Assembly: GCA_021772515.1 (NCBI GenBank)
Contig: JAJFLU010000045.1
Location: 197,684 to 261,683 of the forward strand
DNA: 64,000 bases
Origin: Opitutales bacterium
Lineage (GTDB): Bacteria > Verrucomicrobiota > Verrucomicrobiia > Opitutales > UBA2987
Direction of reading: 5' to 3'
Below are positions 55,435-64,000 of this stretch, in pieces. Numbering within the stretch: the stretch's first letter is position 1; each line of letters starts with the position of its first letter. Both the position numbers and the translations under genes were made by a program. The notes beneath the pieces were generated by a model that worked only from the letters and a program-made list of their open reading frames with translations, was not told the origin of the DNA and made no database searches.

Positions 55435-56532
55435 ATGAACAGAACTTGCTCTATTTTACTGGCACTGCTGGCAATTAGCACCCTTTGCGCCTGCGGGAAA
55501 AGCGAGGTTCAATATTACGAAATCCCCAAGGAAACACGCGCTGTAGCCAACGCCGACGGTCTTCCGCCGGGACATCCGCCGACCGGTAGCTTGGGGCCGG
55601 GCATTACTTGGAATACCCCCGAGGGCTGGGTGGAAGGCGGTTCCCAGCAGGGCGCCAGGGCCAGCTTTCACATCCATCAGGATGAAAATCATCTTCCAGG
55701 GGATGTCGTGGTGTTGGATTTTCCTCCCCATGTTGCTCAGATCGAGGATTTTACCAGGCTTCTGTCGGACCAACTCGAACTACAAGTGGACGCCGGGCAA
55801 ACGGAACCTGGCGAAATCGAAATATTCACCGCCGGTGATAATGAATATTCAGTTATTCGATTAACCAGTGAGAAAGCGCTTATCGACGGGGAGCATAAAA
55901 AGTCGATCCTGGCGGCCATTCTGAGAAAGCCGGACCGTATTTGGTTAGTCAACCTGACAGGTGCCGAATCCGTTGTAGTAGAAGAGAATGAGCGGTTTTT
56001 TGAATTTTTACGCTCGATCGAGTTTAAGACCGAAGATATCCCGGCGGCGAGCGCTGGAAACATGGCCGATCAAAGCCTTCCGAGTGGCTCCGTGTCCAAC
56101 GCGGATAACCCCGATTGGGTGGTTCCAGATAGCTGGGAACCGGGCCGGGTTTCCAATATGCGTCGCGGAAGTTTCCAGGTCCGAGGAGATAATGGCCTGA
56201 TGGTGGATATTGCCGTAACCAGCTTCCCCGGCGACGTTGGCGGTATGCTTGCAAACATTAATCGCTGGCGAGGCCAAATCGGACTTGGGCCAATCACCGC
56301 CGGTATGGTGAATTCGGTTGTAGGGGAGTTGGAGATTAACGGAAAGTCCTGTAAAATAGTCGATATTGTCGGAACGGATCCTCCATCCGGTAAAATTTTG
56401 CCTCAACGCAGCTTGGTGGGTACCTTTTCGCACGAAGGAAACTCCTGGTTTTTCAAAATGTCCGGTGATGCATCGCTGGTCGAGGTGCAGGAACAAACCT
56501 TTATGGATTTTTTGAATTCAGTCCGGTTTTAG
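55435..56532 (+). CDS. Hypothetical lipoprotein composed of two tandem copies of an unrecognised ~140-aa domain
   Basis: Lipobox 'LLALLAISTLCAC|G'. Repeat 1 spans 55603-56024 and repeat 2 spans 56110-56529, with a shared pattern W-x2-P-x2-W ... R-x-(A/G)-SF ... D(V/I)xVxxFP ... F-x-(D/E)FL-x-S(I/V)-x-F. ATG at 55435 is preferred to 55303. Confidence 0.65.
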   Translation: MNRTCSILLALLAISTLCACGKSEVQYYEIPKETRAVANADGLPPGHPPTGSLGPGITWNTPEGWVEGGSQQGARASFHIHQDENHLPGDVVVLDFPPHVAQIEDFTRLLSDQLELQVDAGQTEPGEIEIFTAGDNEYSVIRLTSEKALIDGEHKKSILAAILRKPDRIWLVNLTGAESVVVEENERFFEFLRSIEFKTEDIPAASAGNMADQSLPSGSVSNADNPDWVVPDSWEPGRVSNMRRGSFQVRGDNGLMVDIAVTSFPGDVGGMLANINRWRGQIGLGPITAGMVNSVVGELEINGKSCKIVDIVGTDPPSGKILPQRSLVGTFSHEGNSWFFKMSGDASLVEVQEQTFMDFLNSVRF

Positions 56533-56541
56533 GAGGTTGAT

Positions 56542-57729
56542 ATGAAAGTAATCAGGAGCCTTTTGAAAATACTAACCTCGGTGCAACTGACAGTTGCGCT
56601 ATTGGCTTTATCCCTCGCGCTGATTTTTTTCGGGACGCTAGATCAAGTGTATATAGGCATACGGGGTGCGCAAAAAGAGTATTTCGAGAGCTTTCTCGCC
56701 TTCTGGCAATATCCGCAGCAATGGTGGTTGGGCCGGTCACTTTCGTGGCTGCATCTGCCCGTTCCAGGGGGTTATCTTATTGGCCCGCTACTCATCGTTA
56801 ATCTCACCCTGGCCCATTTTCGGTATTTCCGCCCAAGCTGGAAAAAAGCGGGCATCGCGATGATCCATGCCGGCGTGGTTCTGCTGTTAATCAGCCAGTT
56901 GATGACCAATATTTTGCAGGAGGAGAGCGCACTTTGGATCGAGGAGGGGGGCTCGGCCAATTACATGGAGAGCTATTATCAAAACGAGTTGGTCATCATC
57001 GATAAAAGCAATCCAGCGCACGATGGTGTTGTCAGCATTCCCACGAAACTGCTTGAGCGGCAGCAGTCTTTCCAACACCCAAAGCTACCTTTCCGAATTC
57101 GTGTCGAGAGCTATTTTCCCAACTCAGCCCTTCTCCAGCAAACAGAGGGCGGCGCCCTACCCTCTTCCGCCACAAACAAGGGTCTGGCCGTCGAAATGAA
57201 GCTCGTGCCCGAAGAGCGACCTGAAACCACCAAGCAAAACGAGAAAAACGCTCCATCGGCAATCGTGGAATTGATTGGTACCGACGGTTCTCTCGGAGTT
57301 TGGCTGGCTTCGGTATGGCTGGGTGACGAACTTCCGGCCCAAACTTTTCAGGATTCTGGAAGGATTTTTGAGATAGCTTTGAGAGTAAAACGGGAATACC
57401 TGCCGTTTTCCGTTGAATTGATCGATTTTACCCATGATCGCTACCCTGGCACCGAAATTCCAAAAAACTTTTCCAGTAAGGTAACTCTGAAAAATCCCGA
57501 TACCGGCGAGGATCGTCAGGCATTGATTTATATGAACCACCCACTTCGCTATGCCGGTCTGACATTCTTTCAGGCTTCTTTCACTCCGGATGACAAAGCT
57601 TCCATGTTGCAGGTGGTGCGGAATCCCGGTTGGCTGATTCCATATATTTCCTGCACACTGGTATCGATTGGGCTACTCTTTCAATTTGGCTATCATTTGA
57701 TTCGCTTTTCGAGAGGTCGAAAATCATGA
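56542..57729 (+). CDS. resB: Cytochrome c biogenesis protein ResB/CcsB (System II)
   Basis: 'LTSVQLTVALLALSLALIFFGTLDQ' is a ResB N-terminus. C-terminal region 'MNHPLRYAGLTFFQASF' precedes the final TM helix. Confidence 0.85.
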   Translation: MKVIRSLLKILTSVQLTVALLALSLALIFFGTLDQVYIGIRGAQKEYFESFLAFWQYPQQWWLGRSLSWLHLPVPGGYLIGPLLIVNLTLAHFRYFRPSWKKAGIAMIHAGVVLLLISQLMTNILQEESALWIEEGGSANYMESYYQNELVIIDKSNPAHDGVVSIPTKLLERQQSFQHPKLPFRIRVESYFPNSALLQQTEGGALPSSATNKGLAVEMKLVPEERPETTKQNEKNAPSAIVELIGTDGSLGVWLASVWLGDELPAQTFQDSGRIFEIALRVKREYLPFSVELIDFTHDRYPGTEIPKNFSSKVTLKNPDTGEDRQALIYMNHPLRYAGLTFFQASFTPDDKASMLQVVRNPGWLIPYISCTLVSIGLLFQFGYHLIRFSRGRKS

Positions 57730-59579
57730 AAAAAAACGTATCAGTTGTCCTCATAATCTTGGGTGTCCTCATTGTATTTGGAGGGTTGCGACCCGCCAAA
57801 TACAAAAGCGAATTTAACGTAAAGGAATTTGCCACCCTTCCGACCCTCGAGGGCGGGCGGCTCAAACCGCTCGATAGCGCCGCACGGAATTCCCTTTTGT
57901 TGTTGAGCAGGAAGCAGACTTATCGGACTGCCGAGGGCAACAAAAAGTCAGCCATCGAGTGGTTCATGGAACTCACCTTGAACCCAAGGGAAGCCGATAG
58001 CCGATCGGTCTTTTACATATCCAACCCGGAGGTGCTCGGGCTCATAGGGGTTGAAATGAAAGAAGCCAAAGAAGGCCACTTCCTCTTTTCTTTCGATGAT
58101 TTGAGGCCTCAATTGAATGAGATTCAAAGGCAGGGCCAGTTGGTCAACGAAGAGGCTCAACTGCGCACCGCCTACGAGCGATCCATTATCAATTTGCTCA
58201 ACGGATTGAATGCCTACTACCGGCTGGCACATAGCATCCATTCGCCCGATTTAACTTCCAAAGTGGAACATGAATTCCATGTTTACCAAACTGCGGTAGA
58301 AGAAGGAGGTGGCGAACTTGAAAAACAGCAAGCCGGGCAGGAGCATGATAAGGCGGCCCTTGATCGTTACCTGTTTTTTGTCAGCCGCTACCGTGATTTG
58401 TCCGAGACAGCGTCTTTAAAAATCATTCCACCCCTCGACCCGGAGGAAGGCCCGCCCGGTTGGGAAAATGTTGGAGAGAGCCTTCTGCGCGTCATCAAAA
58501 GCGGCCATCCAGATCCTATCGCATTGGATTATGCCCGTCTCGTCGACGCCTACCAATCGGGTGATACGGGGACGTTTGACACCGTCATGTCATCATTGAA
58601 AACTGATCTGAAAAAACGTCAGGGTGATCATTACTCCTATGGAAAATTCGAATATTTTTTAAGCCAATTTGAGCCGTTTTACCTCAGCAGCATTCTCTAT
58701 GTGATCGTATTTCTGGTGGCCGCAATATCGTGGCTTTGCTGGCCCCGGACCCTTAGCCAGACCGCCTACCGGCTCTTGTGGCTGGCATTTTCGGTGCAAA
58801 CTTTTGGACTTTTGGCCCGAATGTTAATACAGGGTCGCCCGCCGGTAACCAACCTCTATTCATCGGCCGTTTTTGTGGGTATTGTGGCCGTACTGTTAAG
58901 TCTGTTTTTAGAGCGAATCTATAAAAACGGAATCGGTTCCGCCGTGGCGGGTTTGATCGGCTTTTCGACTCTGATTATCGCCCACAACCTGTCCAGAAGC
59001 GGTGATACCATGGAAATGATGCGGGCGGTTCTCGATTCCAATTTCTGGCTGGCGACCCACGTAATAACAGTGACTATGGGATACTCGGCCACCTATCTGG
59101 CCGGCGCACTGGCAATAATTTACATCGTGCGCGGACTGTTTACCAAAGGCCTTGATAAAACCACTGCGAGAGGGCTCGAAGGCATGGTTTACGGGATTAT
59201 TTGTTTCGCCCTGCTTTTCAGTTTTGTGGGCACCGTTTTGGGCGGAATCTGGGCCGACCAGTCATGGGGCCGATTCTGGGGCTGGGATCCCAAGGAAAAC
59301 GGCGCTCTTATGATTGTTCTGTGGAACGCCTTGGTTCTCCACTGTCGGTGGGGGAAATTGGCTGGGCCACGCGGAATCATGTGCCTGGCGATTTTCGGCA
59401 ACATTATCACAAGCTGGTCGTGGTTTGGCACCAATATGTTGGGGGTTGGCCTGCATGCCTACGGTTTTATGGACAGCGCGACGTTCTGGCTGTTGATATT
59501 TGTAGTTAGCCAAATGGCTCTTATCGGGGCCGGTCTGCTGCCCGCCCGCTATTGGCGAAGCCCCGCAACGGCTCGCTAG
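57726..59579 (+). CDS. ccsA: Cytochrome c biogenesis protein CcsA/ResC (System II haem handling) with a ~330-aa N-terminal extension
   Basis: WWD motif 'WADQSWGRFWGWDPKENGALM' and conserved His in 'WLATHVITV' and 'GVGLHAYGF'. The ATG at 57726 overlaps the resB stop (ATGA). Confidence 0.9.
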   Translation: MKKNVSVVLIILGVLIVFGGLRPAKYKSEFNVKEFATLPTLEGGRLKPLDSAARNSLLLLSRKQTYRTAEGNKKSAIEWFMELTLNPREADSRSVFYISNPEVLGLIGVEMKEAKEGHFLFSFDDLRPQLNEIQRQGQLVNEEAQLRTAYERSIINLLNGLNAYYRLAHSIHSPDLTSKVEHEFHVYQTAVEEGGGELEKQQAGQEHDKAALDRYLFFVSRYRDLSETASLKIIPPLDPEEGPPGWENVGESLLRVIKSGHPDPIALDYARLVDAYQSGDTGTFDTVMSSLKTDLKKRQGDHYSYGKFEYFLSQFEPFYLSSILYVIVFLVAAISWLCWPRTLSQTAYRLLWLAFSVQTFGLLARMLIQGRPPVTNLYSSAVFVGIVAVLLSLFLERIYKNGIGSAVAGLIGFSTLIIAHNLSRSGDTMEMMRAVLDSNFWLATHVITVTMGYSATYLAGALAIIYIVRGLFTKGLDKTTARGLEGMVYGIICFALLFSFVGTVLGGIWADQSWGRFWGWDPKENGALMIVLWNALVLHCRWGKLAGPRGIMCLAIFGNIITSWSWFGTNMLGVGLHAYGFMDSATFWLLIFVVSQMALIGAGLLPARYWRSPATAR

Positions 59580-59588
59580 GTACGGTTT

Positions 59589-60518
59589 TCAGGTTTGTTC
59601 CGCCAGCCAGCGCTCGGCTTCGATGGCCGCCTGACAACCCATACCCGCCGCGGTTATGGCCTGGCGATAAACGTGGTCCACACAATCACCGGCCGCGTAA
59701 ACACCGGGGATGGAAGTTCGCACCATGCTGTTGGTTTCGGGAACTAAATATCCGTTTGAATCCAAATTAAGAACTCCCTGAAATGGTTTGGTATTCGGGT
59801 TATGCCCGATGGCCATGAACACACCGTGCGCGGGAATTTCACTACATTCCCCAGTAACCACATTATTTATCGCGACCCCTCTGGCTTTCCCCTCATCATC
59901 CGCCAACACCTCTTCGACAACGCTATTCCAAACGGGAACGATTTTTTCGTGGGCAAGAGCGCGCCGGGCCATAATTTGCGAGGCCCGCAATTCGTCTCTG
60001 CGGTGAATCAAGCTGATTTTTGAACAGAATCTGGTCAAAAAGAGCGCCTCCTCACAGGCGGAATCACCGCCCCCGACAACGACGACTTCCATGTCGCGAT
60101 AAAAAGCCCCATCGCAGGTGGCGCAAGTGGTTACTCCCTTGCCGCCAAACATCTCTTTCTCGCCCGGAATTCCCAGCAGACGGGGGGAAGCGCCCGTTGA
60201 AATGATAACCGCTTTGGCCTCATGGATGTGGTTGGGAGAGATCAGTTTTTTGACCGGTCCGCTGAAATCCACACTTTCAATGGTATCAAACTGCGTCCGC
60301 GTCCCAAACTTTGTAGCCTGCTTACGAAGATTGTCCATGAGAGCGAATCCGTCGATTCCTCCGGGAAAGCCCGGAAAATTTTCCACCTCGGAGGTAGTGG
60401 TCAACTGCCCCCCGGGTTGGTTTCCCTCGATGACCAAAGGATTCAGGTTTGCCCGTGCGGTGTAAATGGCCGCCGTCAATCCCGCGCAGCCGGTTCCAAG
60501 AATAATTACATTTTCCAT
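59589..60518 (-). CDS. trxB: Thioredoxin-disulfide reductase
   Basis: '[16 protein letters not shown]', redox-active 'CATCDG', '[16 protein letters not shown]' and 'GVYAAGDC'. ATG at 60518 is preferred to the GTG at 60545. Confidence 0.9.
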   Translation of the reverse strand: MENVIILGTGCAGLTAAIYTARANLNPLVIEGNQPGGQLTTTSEVENFPGFPGGIDGFALMDNLRKQATKFGTRTQFDTIESVDFSGPVKKLISPNHIHEAKAVIISTGASPRLLGIPGEKEMFGGKGVTTCATCDGAFYRDMEVVVVGGGDSACEEALFLTRFCSKISLIHRRDELRASQIMARRALAHEKIVPVWNSVVEEVLADDEGKARGVAINNVVTGECSEIPAHGVFMAIGHNPNTKPFQGVLNLDSNGYLVPETNSMVRTSIPGVYAAGDCVDHVYRQAITAAGMGCQAAIEAERWLAEQT

Positions 60519-60685
60519 CGGCTCATAGAAAGTGCTTCTTCCCACCCTTCAGGCAAGAAAACTTTCATAAAAATGAAAACCGATCCTCGCAATGCCCTGA
60601 GTTGCATTTTCCCGGCTGTCTTCATAATTTGACTTTCTTTTTCGGATAAATATGGAACGAAAAATTATAGACACCACTAATTGCC

Positions 60686-61480
60686 ATGCTTATCGATAGT
60701 CACTGCCACCTGGAACAATTTCACCGAAAGGGCTGTTTTGAGGAAATTCTACAAAGCGCCGAAGTGGCCGGAGTGGGCAAATTAATAACCATCGGGACAA
60801 GTACTCGTGACTGGGATCTTTATCGACAGTTGGCTTCCCGATACCCAGATAGAATAGCCTATACAGTTGGGTTGCACCCCACCGATGTGGAGGACGATTG
60901 GGAGGAGCAATTGGACCAACTACAGGAATTTTTCAAAAGCGATCTGCCACCTGTGGGCATTGGAGAAATTGGACTCGACCATTTCCATTTACCAAAATCT
61001 CCTCAGGAAGCAGGTGTCGTGAAAGAGCGACAGGTTATTGTTTTTAAGCGGCAACTGAAGCTAGCCACGAACCTGAACTGCCCGGTTGTGGTGCATTCCC
61101 GTAACTCCTTTCACGAATGCGTGAGAGTAATTGACGAAGCCAGAGCCGATTGGTCACAGATCGTCTTTCACTGCTTCGCCGATGGGCCGGAGGAAATTCG
61201 CCTGCTGAATGAACGTGGTGGTCGGGGTTCATTTACCGGTATTATCACCTACAAAAATGCCGAGAATGTCCGGGAAGCGGCGCTCACCCAAGGAATGGAC
61301 AGACTGATGATGGAAACCGACGCGCCTTATTTGGCCCCTGTGCCGATGAGGGGCAAACGTAACGAACCGGCTTTCGTTAGGCATGTTGCCGATTTTTGCT
61401 CAAATCTCTTTAAAATGGATCGAGTGGCATTCGCATCAGAGACAACCGCCAATACCCGCAAATTTTTCAATCTCTCCTGA
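60686..61480 (+). CDS. tatD: TatD-family metal-dependent hydrolase/DNase
   Basis: 'MLIDSHCHL', 'IGEIGLDH', 'PVVVHSR', 'FHCF', 'LMMETDAPYLAP'. Confidence 0.9.
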   Translation: MLIDSHCHLEQFHRKGCFEEILQSAEVAGVGKLITIGTSTRDWDLYRQLASRYPDRIAYTVGLHPTDVEDDWEEQLDQLQEFFKSDLPPVGIGEIGLDHFHLPKSPQEAGVVKERQVIVFKRQLKLATNLNCPVVVHSRNSFHECVRVIDEARADWSQIVFHCFADGPEEIRLLNERGGRGSFTGIITYKNAENVREAALTQGMDRLMMETDAPYLAPVPMRGKRNEPAFVRHVADFCSNLFKMDRVAFASETTANTRKFFNLS

Positions 61481-61511
61481 ACCATGAAAACAGTATTTCG
61501 CCTTTCCTGAA

Positions 61512-62324
61512 ATGACTTTGGATGGCAAAAAATTACCGATACTGGTCAGCGCTGGCCTGGCTTTATGTATTTTTCTTGTGCTCTATTTTCAGAGTAAATC
61601 CGGTGATAATGAGGTTGCTTTCGCGTATCATTCGGAAGTTTTCAACAATGTTGTCCGCCAATATTTGCTGGAGCGTCGCAGTTTTTTGGAAAAGGAGGGC
61701 CACTTTCCCCACGACGCCTATTATTTTGATGAAATCCTGAAATTGCTCAAAGTCGGATCCGATGGTCTCAAGGGGGAAGAAAAAGCAATCATTGATGCCC
61801 GAATTATGCTTTTGCAAAAGCTCAAGCCCTTGGTCGTCAATCTCCAAAGTGGCCAGCAAACTTTGACAAAGCTCGATACTATTCAGATCGACTCGATTGG
61901 CAATACCGGACTTCTTGAAGAGAAAAAATCGACTCTGCAAAACCTGTTAATTTTGCAGCGGGAGTTGGAGGAATTCGAGAAGAATTTCAATTGGCAATAT
62001 GCCAGTGAAATGGAGGCCGGTGAAGTGGAAGGCTGGAAAATCGAGCGCGAATTAACCTACGCCGGGCTTTCTTTTTTGGGTGAATTGAGGATTCATTGGC
62101 GTAAACTTATGTCGGCAAAGCGACAAAATCTGGAAGTCAGAATCAGAATACTTGAGCTTCTGGAAGATAGTCGGGAGCAATGGGTTATCGATCCTCAATC
62201 GGGCGCCATCACTTTTCCCAATAAAGGCGACATTTCCAGGGAATATCAGAGATTGGGCCAAATATTGACCGAGATCCTACAGCGCCAAGATGCCCTGTTC
62301 AAGGAATCACGTTTTCTTTATTGA
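61512..62324 (+). CDS. Hypothetical N-terminally membrane-anchored, helix-rich protein
   Basis: A single TM 'LPILVSAGLALCIFLVLYF' is followed by heptad-like helical sequence. No family was recognised. The 3' end overlaps the convergent SSF gene by 7 nt. Confidence 0.5.
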   Translation: MTLDGKKLPILVSAGLALCIFLVLYFQSKSGDNEVAFAYHSEVFNNVVRQYLLERRSFLEKEGHFPHDAYYFDEILKLLKVGSDGLKGEEKAIIDARIMLLQKLKPLVVNLQSGQQTLTKLDTIQIDSIGNTGLLEEKKSTLQNLLILQRELEEFEKNFNWQYASEMEAGEVEGWKIERELTYAGLSFLGELRIHWRKLMSAKRQNLEVRIRILELLEDSREQWVIDPQSGAITFPNKGDISREYQRLGQILTEILQRQDALFKESRFLY

Positions 62325-63805
62325 GCGAGTTTGGAGGGCATCCTCTCACGCCATTCTACAAGCGCTACGATTGCCAGGTTCAGGCCCAGCCCCCATATGC
62401 CTGCATAAATTCCCAGAGGCTTGGCGGGAAGCGGAGCTCCCAATTTTTGCGCTACCAAAAATGCCACCGTGACCGCGGTCCCCACGGCCATTCCGGCAAA
62501 TAAGGAACGACCCTTCAACCTTTTGGTATGCACGCCCAAATAAATCGCCGGCACGGTTTGCAAAAGAAGCTCCAGTTTTATCTCTATCAATCGGAAAATC
62601 GTGCTTTCGGATTGAATTGCCAGTAAGGCCATCGCGCCCATTAAAAGCCATGACAGAATTTTCCCAATAAAGGCGAGTCGCGCCTGCGAAGAATCCGGCT
62701 TGAACAGCCGATACCAGTCTTCGGTTAGGGAGGACGAGATACTCAGGAGGGCGGAGTCCACAGTGGACATGATGGCCGCGATAACCGCCCCAAGGAAGAC
62801 AACCATGAAAAATTTAAACTGCGGGATTTCGACAACCAGCAAATTTATCATGTAAAGAGATATGCGGTCGGTGGCCCCTTTTTCACTCTCAAGGCCCGGT
62901 AACAGGCCTGCCCCCATCCAGCCGACAAATACAATGAAAAAAGTGGTTAAAATGGGCATGAAGGCCATCACTTGTAACGACCGGCGGAGGGAGTTTTCGC
63001 TTCGAGCCGCATAGATTCGCTGCACCCCGTGGGGATAAACCGATATCGCGAAACCCAGTAGGACTATGGTGCTCAACCATCCTATTTTTCCTTCCCAATC
63101 CGGAGGTTCCCAAAAGGAGGGATAGTTCGCTTTCAAATCAATTGAAAGAACTTCATAGGAATTGTAGCGGTAGTTGAGCAGGGCAAAAATTACCAGACAC
63201 CCGACCAGCAGGAGGATCCCTTGGACAACATCCGTCCAGGCCACCCCACGCATTCCTCCGAGCGTTTCATAAAGCACCATGATAACTGACAGGGCCAGAA
63301 TACCCTGCCAGACAAGAAACCGCCCACCAGAGGCAGTTTCAACCAGCAACCCCATAGCGAGCAGATTGGTCAATATGTAGTTGCAGAGGGCGACCATTCC
63401 CAAAGCGCTGACCAATAATGATAATGGACGATACCCAAACCGGTCCTGTAGAAAATCAGCCGTCGTGATATATCCCTTTCGAACCGATAGCCGATAGAGC
63501 TTCGGGGCGTAGAGAAGATATCCGCAAATCACCAGCATCATAAACATGGGAGCGGCCAAAAATTGAAACCCATCCCGGTAGGCGCGGCCCGCATAACCAA
63601 TCAAGGTATTGCCACTGTATTGGGTCGCGAAAAGAGTCATAAACAAGACAAAAGGGCCAAAACTCCGCCCTCCCAGGTAGAAATCGCTCAGACTCTTTTC
63701 TTTTCGCGCCAGTCTCCCCCAAACACCAAGCCCCAGCAATATTACGAGATAGCCACCGACAAACAGGATGCCACCTTTATCCAGTATGGCTTGTTCACCT
63801 GTCAT
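62318..63805 (-). CDS. Sodium:solute symporter (SSF) family transporter
   Basis: 'DFYLGGRSFGPFVLFMTLFATQYSGNTLIGYAG' and 'GGMRGVAWTDVVQG', with about 13 TM helices. Confidence 0.9.
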   Translation of the reverse strand: MTGEQAILDKGGILFVGGYLVILLGLGVWGRLARKEKSLSDFYLGGRSFGPFVLFMTLFATQYSGNTLIGYAGRAYRDGFQFLAAPMFMMLVICGYLLYAPKLYRLSVRKGYITTADFLQDRFGYRPLSLLVSALGMVALCNYILTNLLAMGLLVETASGGRFLVWQGILALSVIMVLYETLGGMRGVAWTDVVQGILLLVGCLVIFALLNYRYNSYEVLSIDLKANYPSFWEPPDWEGKIGWLSTIVLLGFAISVYPHGVQRIYAARSENSLRRSLQVMAFMPILTTFFIVFVGWMGAGLLPGLESEKGATDRISLYMINLLVVEIPQFKFFMVVFLGAVIAAIMSTVDSALLSISSSLTEDWYRLFKPDSSQARLAFIGKILSWLLMGAMALLAIQSESTIFRLIEIKLELLLQTVPAIYLGVHTKRLKGRSLFAGMAVGTAVTVAFLVAQKLGAPLPAKPLGIYAGIWGLGLNLAIVALVEWRERMPSKLAQ

Positions 63806-64000
63806 TTTGATCTGATCCGCCCTCTTCTGGCATTTGATTCAAGGGATTCTCATCTTCACCCGCCATCGCGCTCCAATATTTCCATAGAGCATATACAATA
63901 AAAGCCGCAAACAGGAGCATGACCTCGAACGAATGCAAAGCCCAATCAGGCAATCCTTCATCCCCCCTACTTGAACTTGAGCCAAGCCCGTAAAACCAGG
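63795..64000 (-). CDS. Small membrane protein ORF, translationally coupled to the SSF transporter; open to the window edge (possibly 5' partial, or 41 aa from the internal ATG at 63920)
   Basis: '...DWALHSFEVMLLFAAFIVYALWKYWSAMAGEDENPLNQMPEEGGSDQNDR*'. Its TGA lies 11 nt inside the SSF gene. Small accessory subunits upstream of SSF genes are a known arrangement. Confidence 0.35.
   Translation of the reverse strand, partial: WFYGLGSSSSRGDEGLPDWALHSFEVMLLFAAFIVYALWKYWSAMAGEDENPLNQMPEEGGSDQNDR

Overview
This is a 64-kb chromosomal segment from a diderm (Gram-negative) bacterium. TolC-type, RND, TonB-dependent receptor and lipoprotein genes support the diderm call. Gene content is loosely reminiscent of the PVC/Verrucomicrobia group, but that is only a guess. 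I support about 58 protein-coding genes and found no rRNA, tRNA, CRISPR array, transposase, integrase or prophage genes.

Most of the window is core housekeeping:
- Transcription and ribosome: greA-like (5' partial), rpsP-trmD-rplS, ychF, HU.
- Central and aromatic metabolism: korAB, aroE, class I DAHP synthase, mdh, purU, yggS, ygfZ, trxB, tatD.
- System II cytochrome c biogenesis (resB/ccsA), cstA and an SSF symporter.

Accessory or unusual content:
1. A three-gene operon: a split Tm-1-like pair (UPF0261 plus a PEP-hydrolase-like TIM barrel) translationally coupled to a cytosine-deaminase-like amidohydrolase (15065-18355). No function is known for the pair.
2. An atypical Cu/Ag-type efflux locus (25192-34008). 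It has a Cys-rich leader ORF, a 689-aa CusB carrying two heavy-metal-binding motifs plus a fused DUF3347, a roughly 1340-aa CusA with extra transmembrane and periplasmic inserts, and a second stand-alone DUF3347.
3. A 1.2-kb AT-rich islet with two divergent toxin-antitoxin pairs (13972-15002).
4. An internally duplicated lipoprotein directly upstream of resB/ccsA.
5. A cNMP-binding domain fused to a UvrC-like (HhH)2 domain.
6. A truncated, divergent adenosylhomocysteinase-like enzyme next to a CDA-fold deaminase.
7. An MddA-like membrane methyltransferase next to a trans-sulfuration-family PLP enzyme.
8. Ribosomal protein S16 with a roughly 140-aa acidic tail, in an operon lacking rimM.

I see no recognisable phage-defence system. 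My best candidates for undescribed biology are items 1, 2 and 4.

All family assignments come from motif recognition by eye. No BLAST or HMM search was run, so start codons and family names should be verified.
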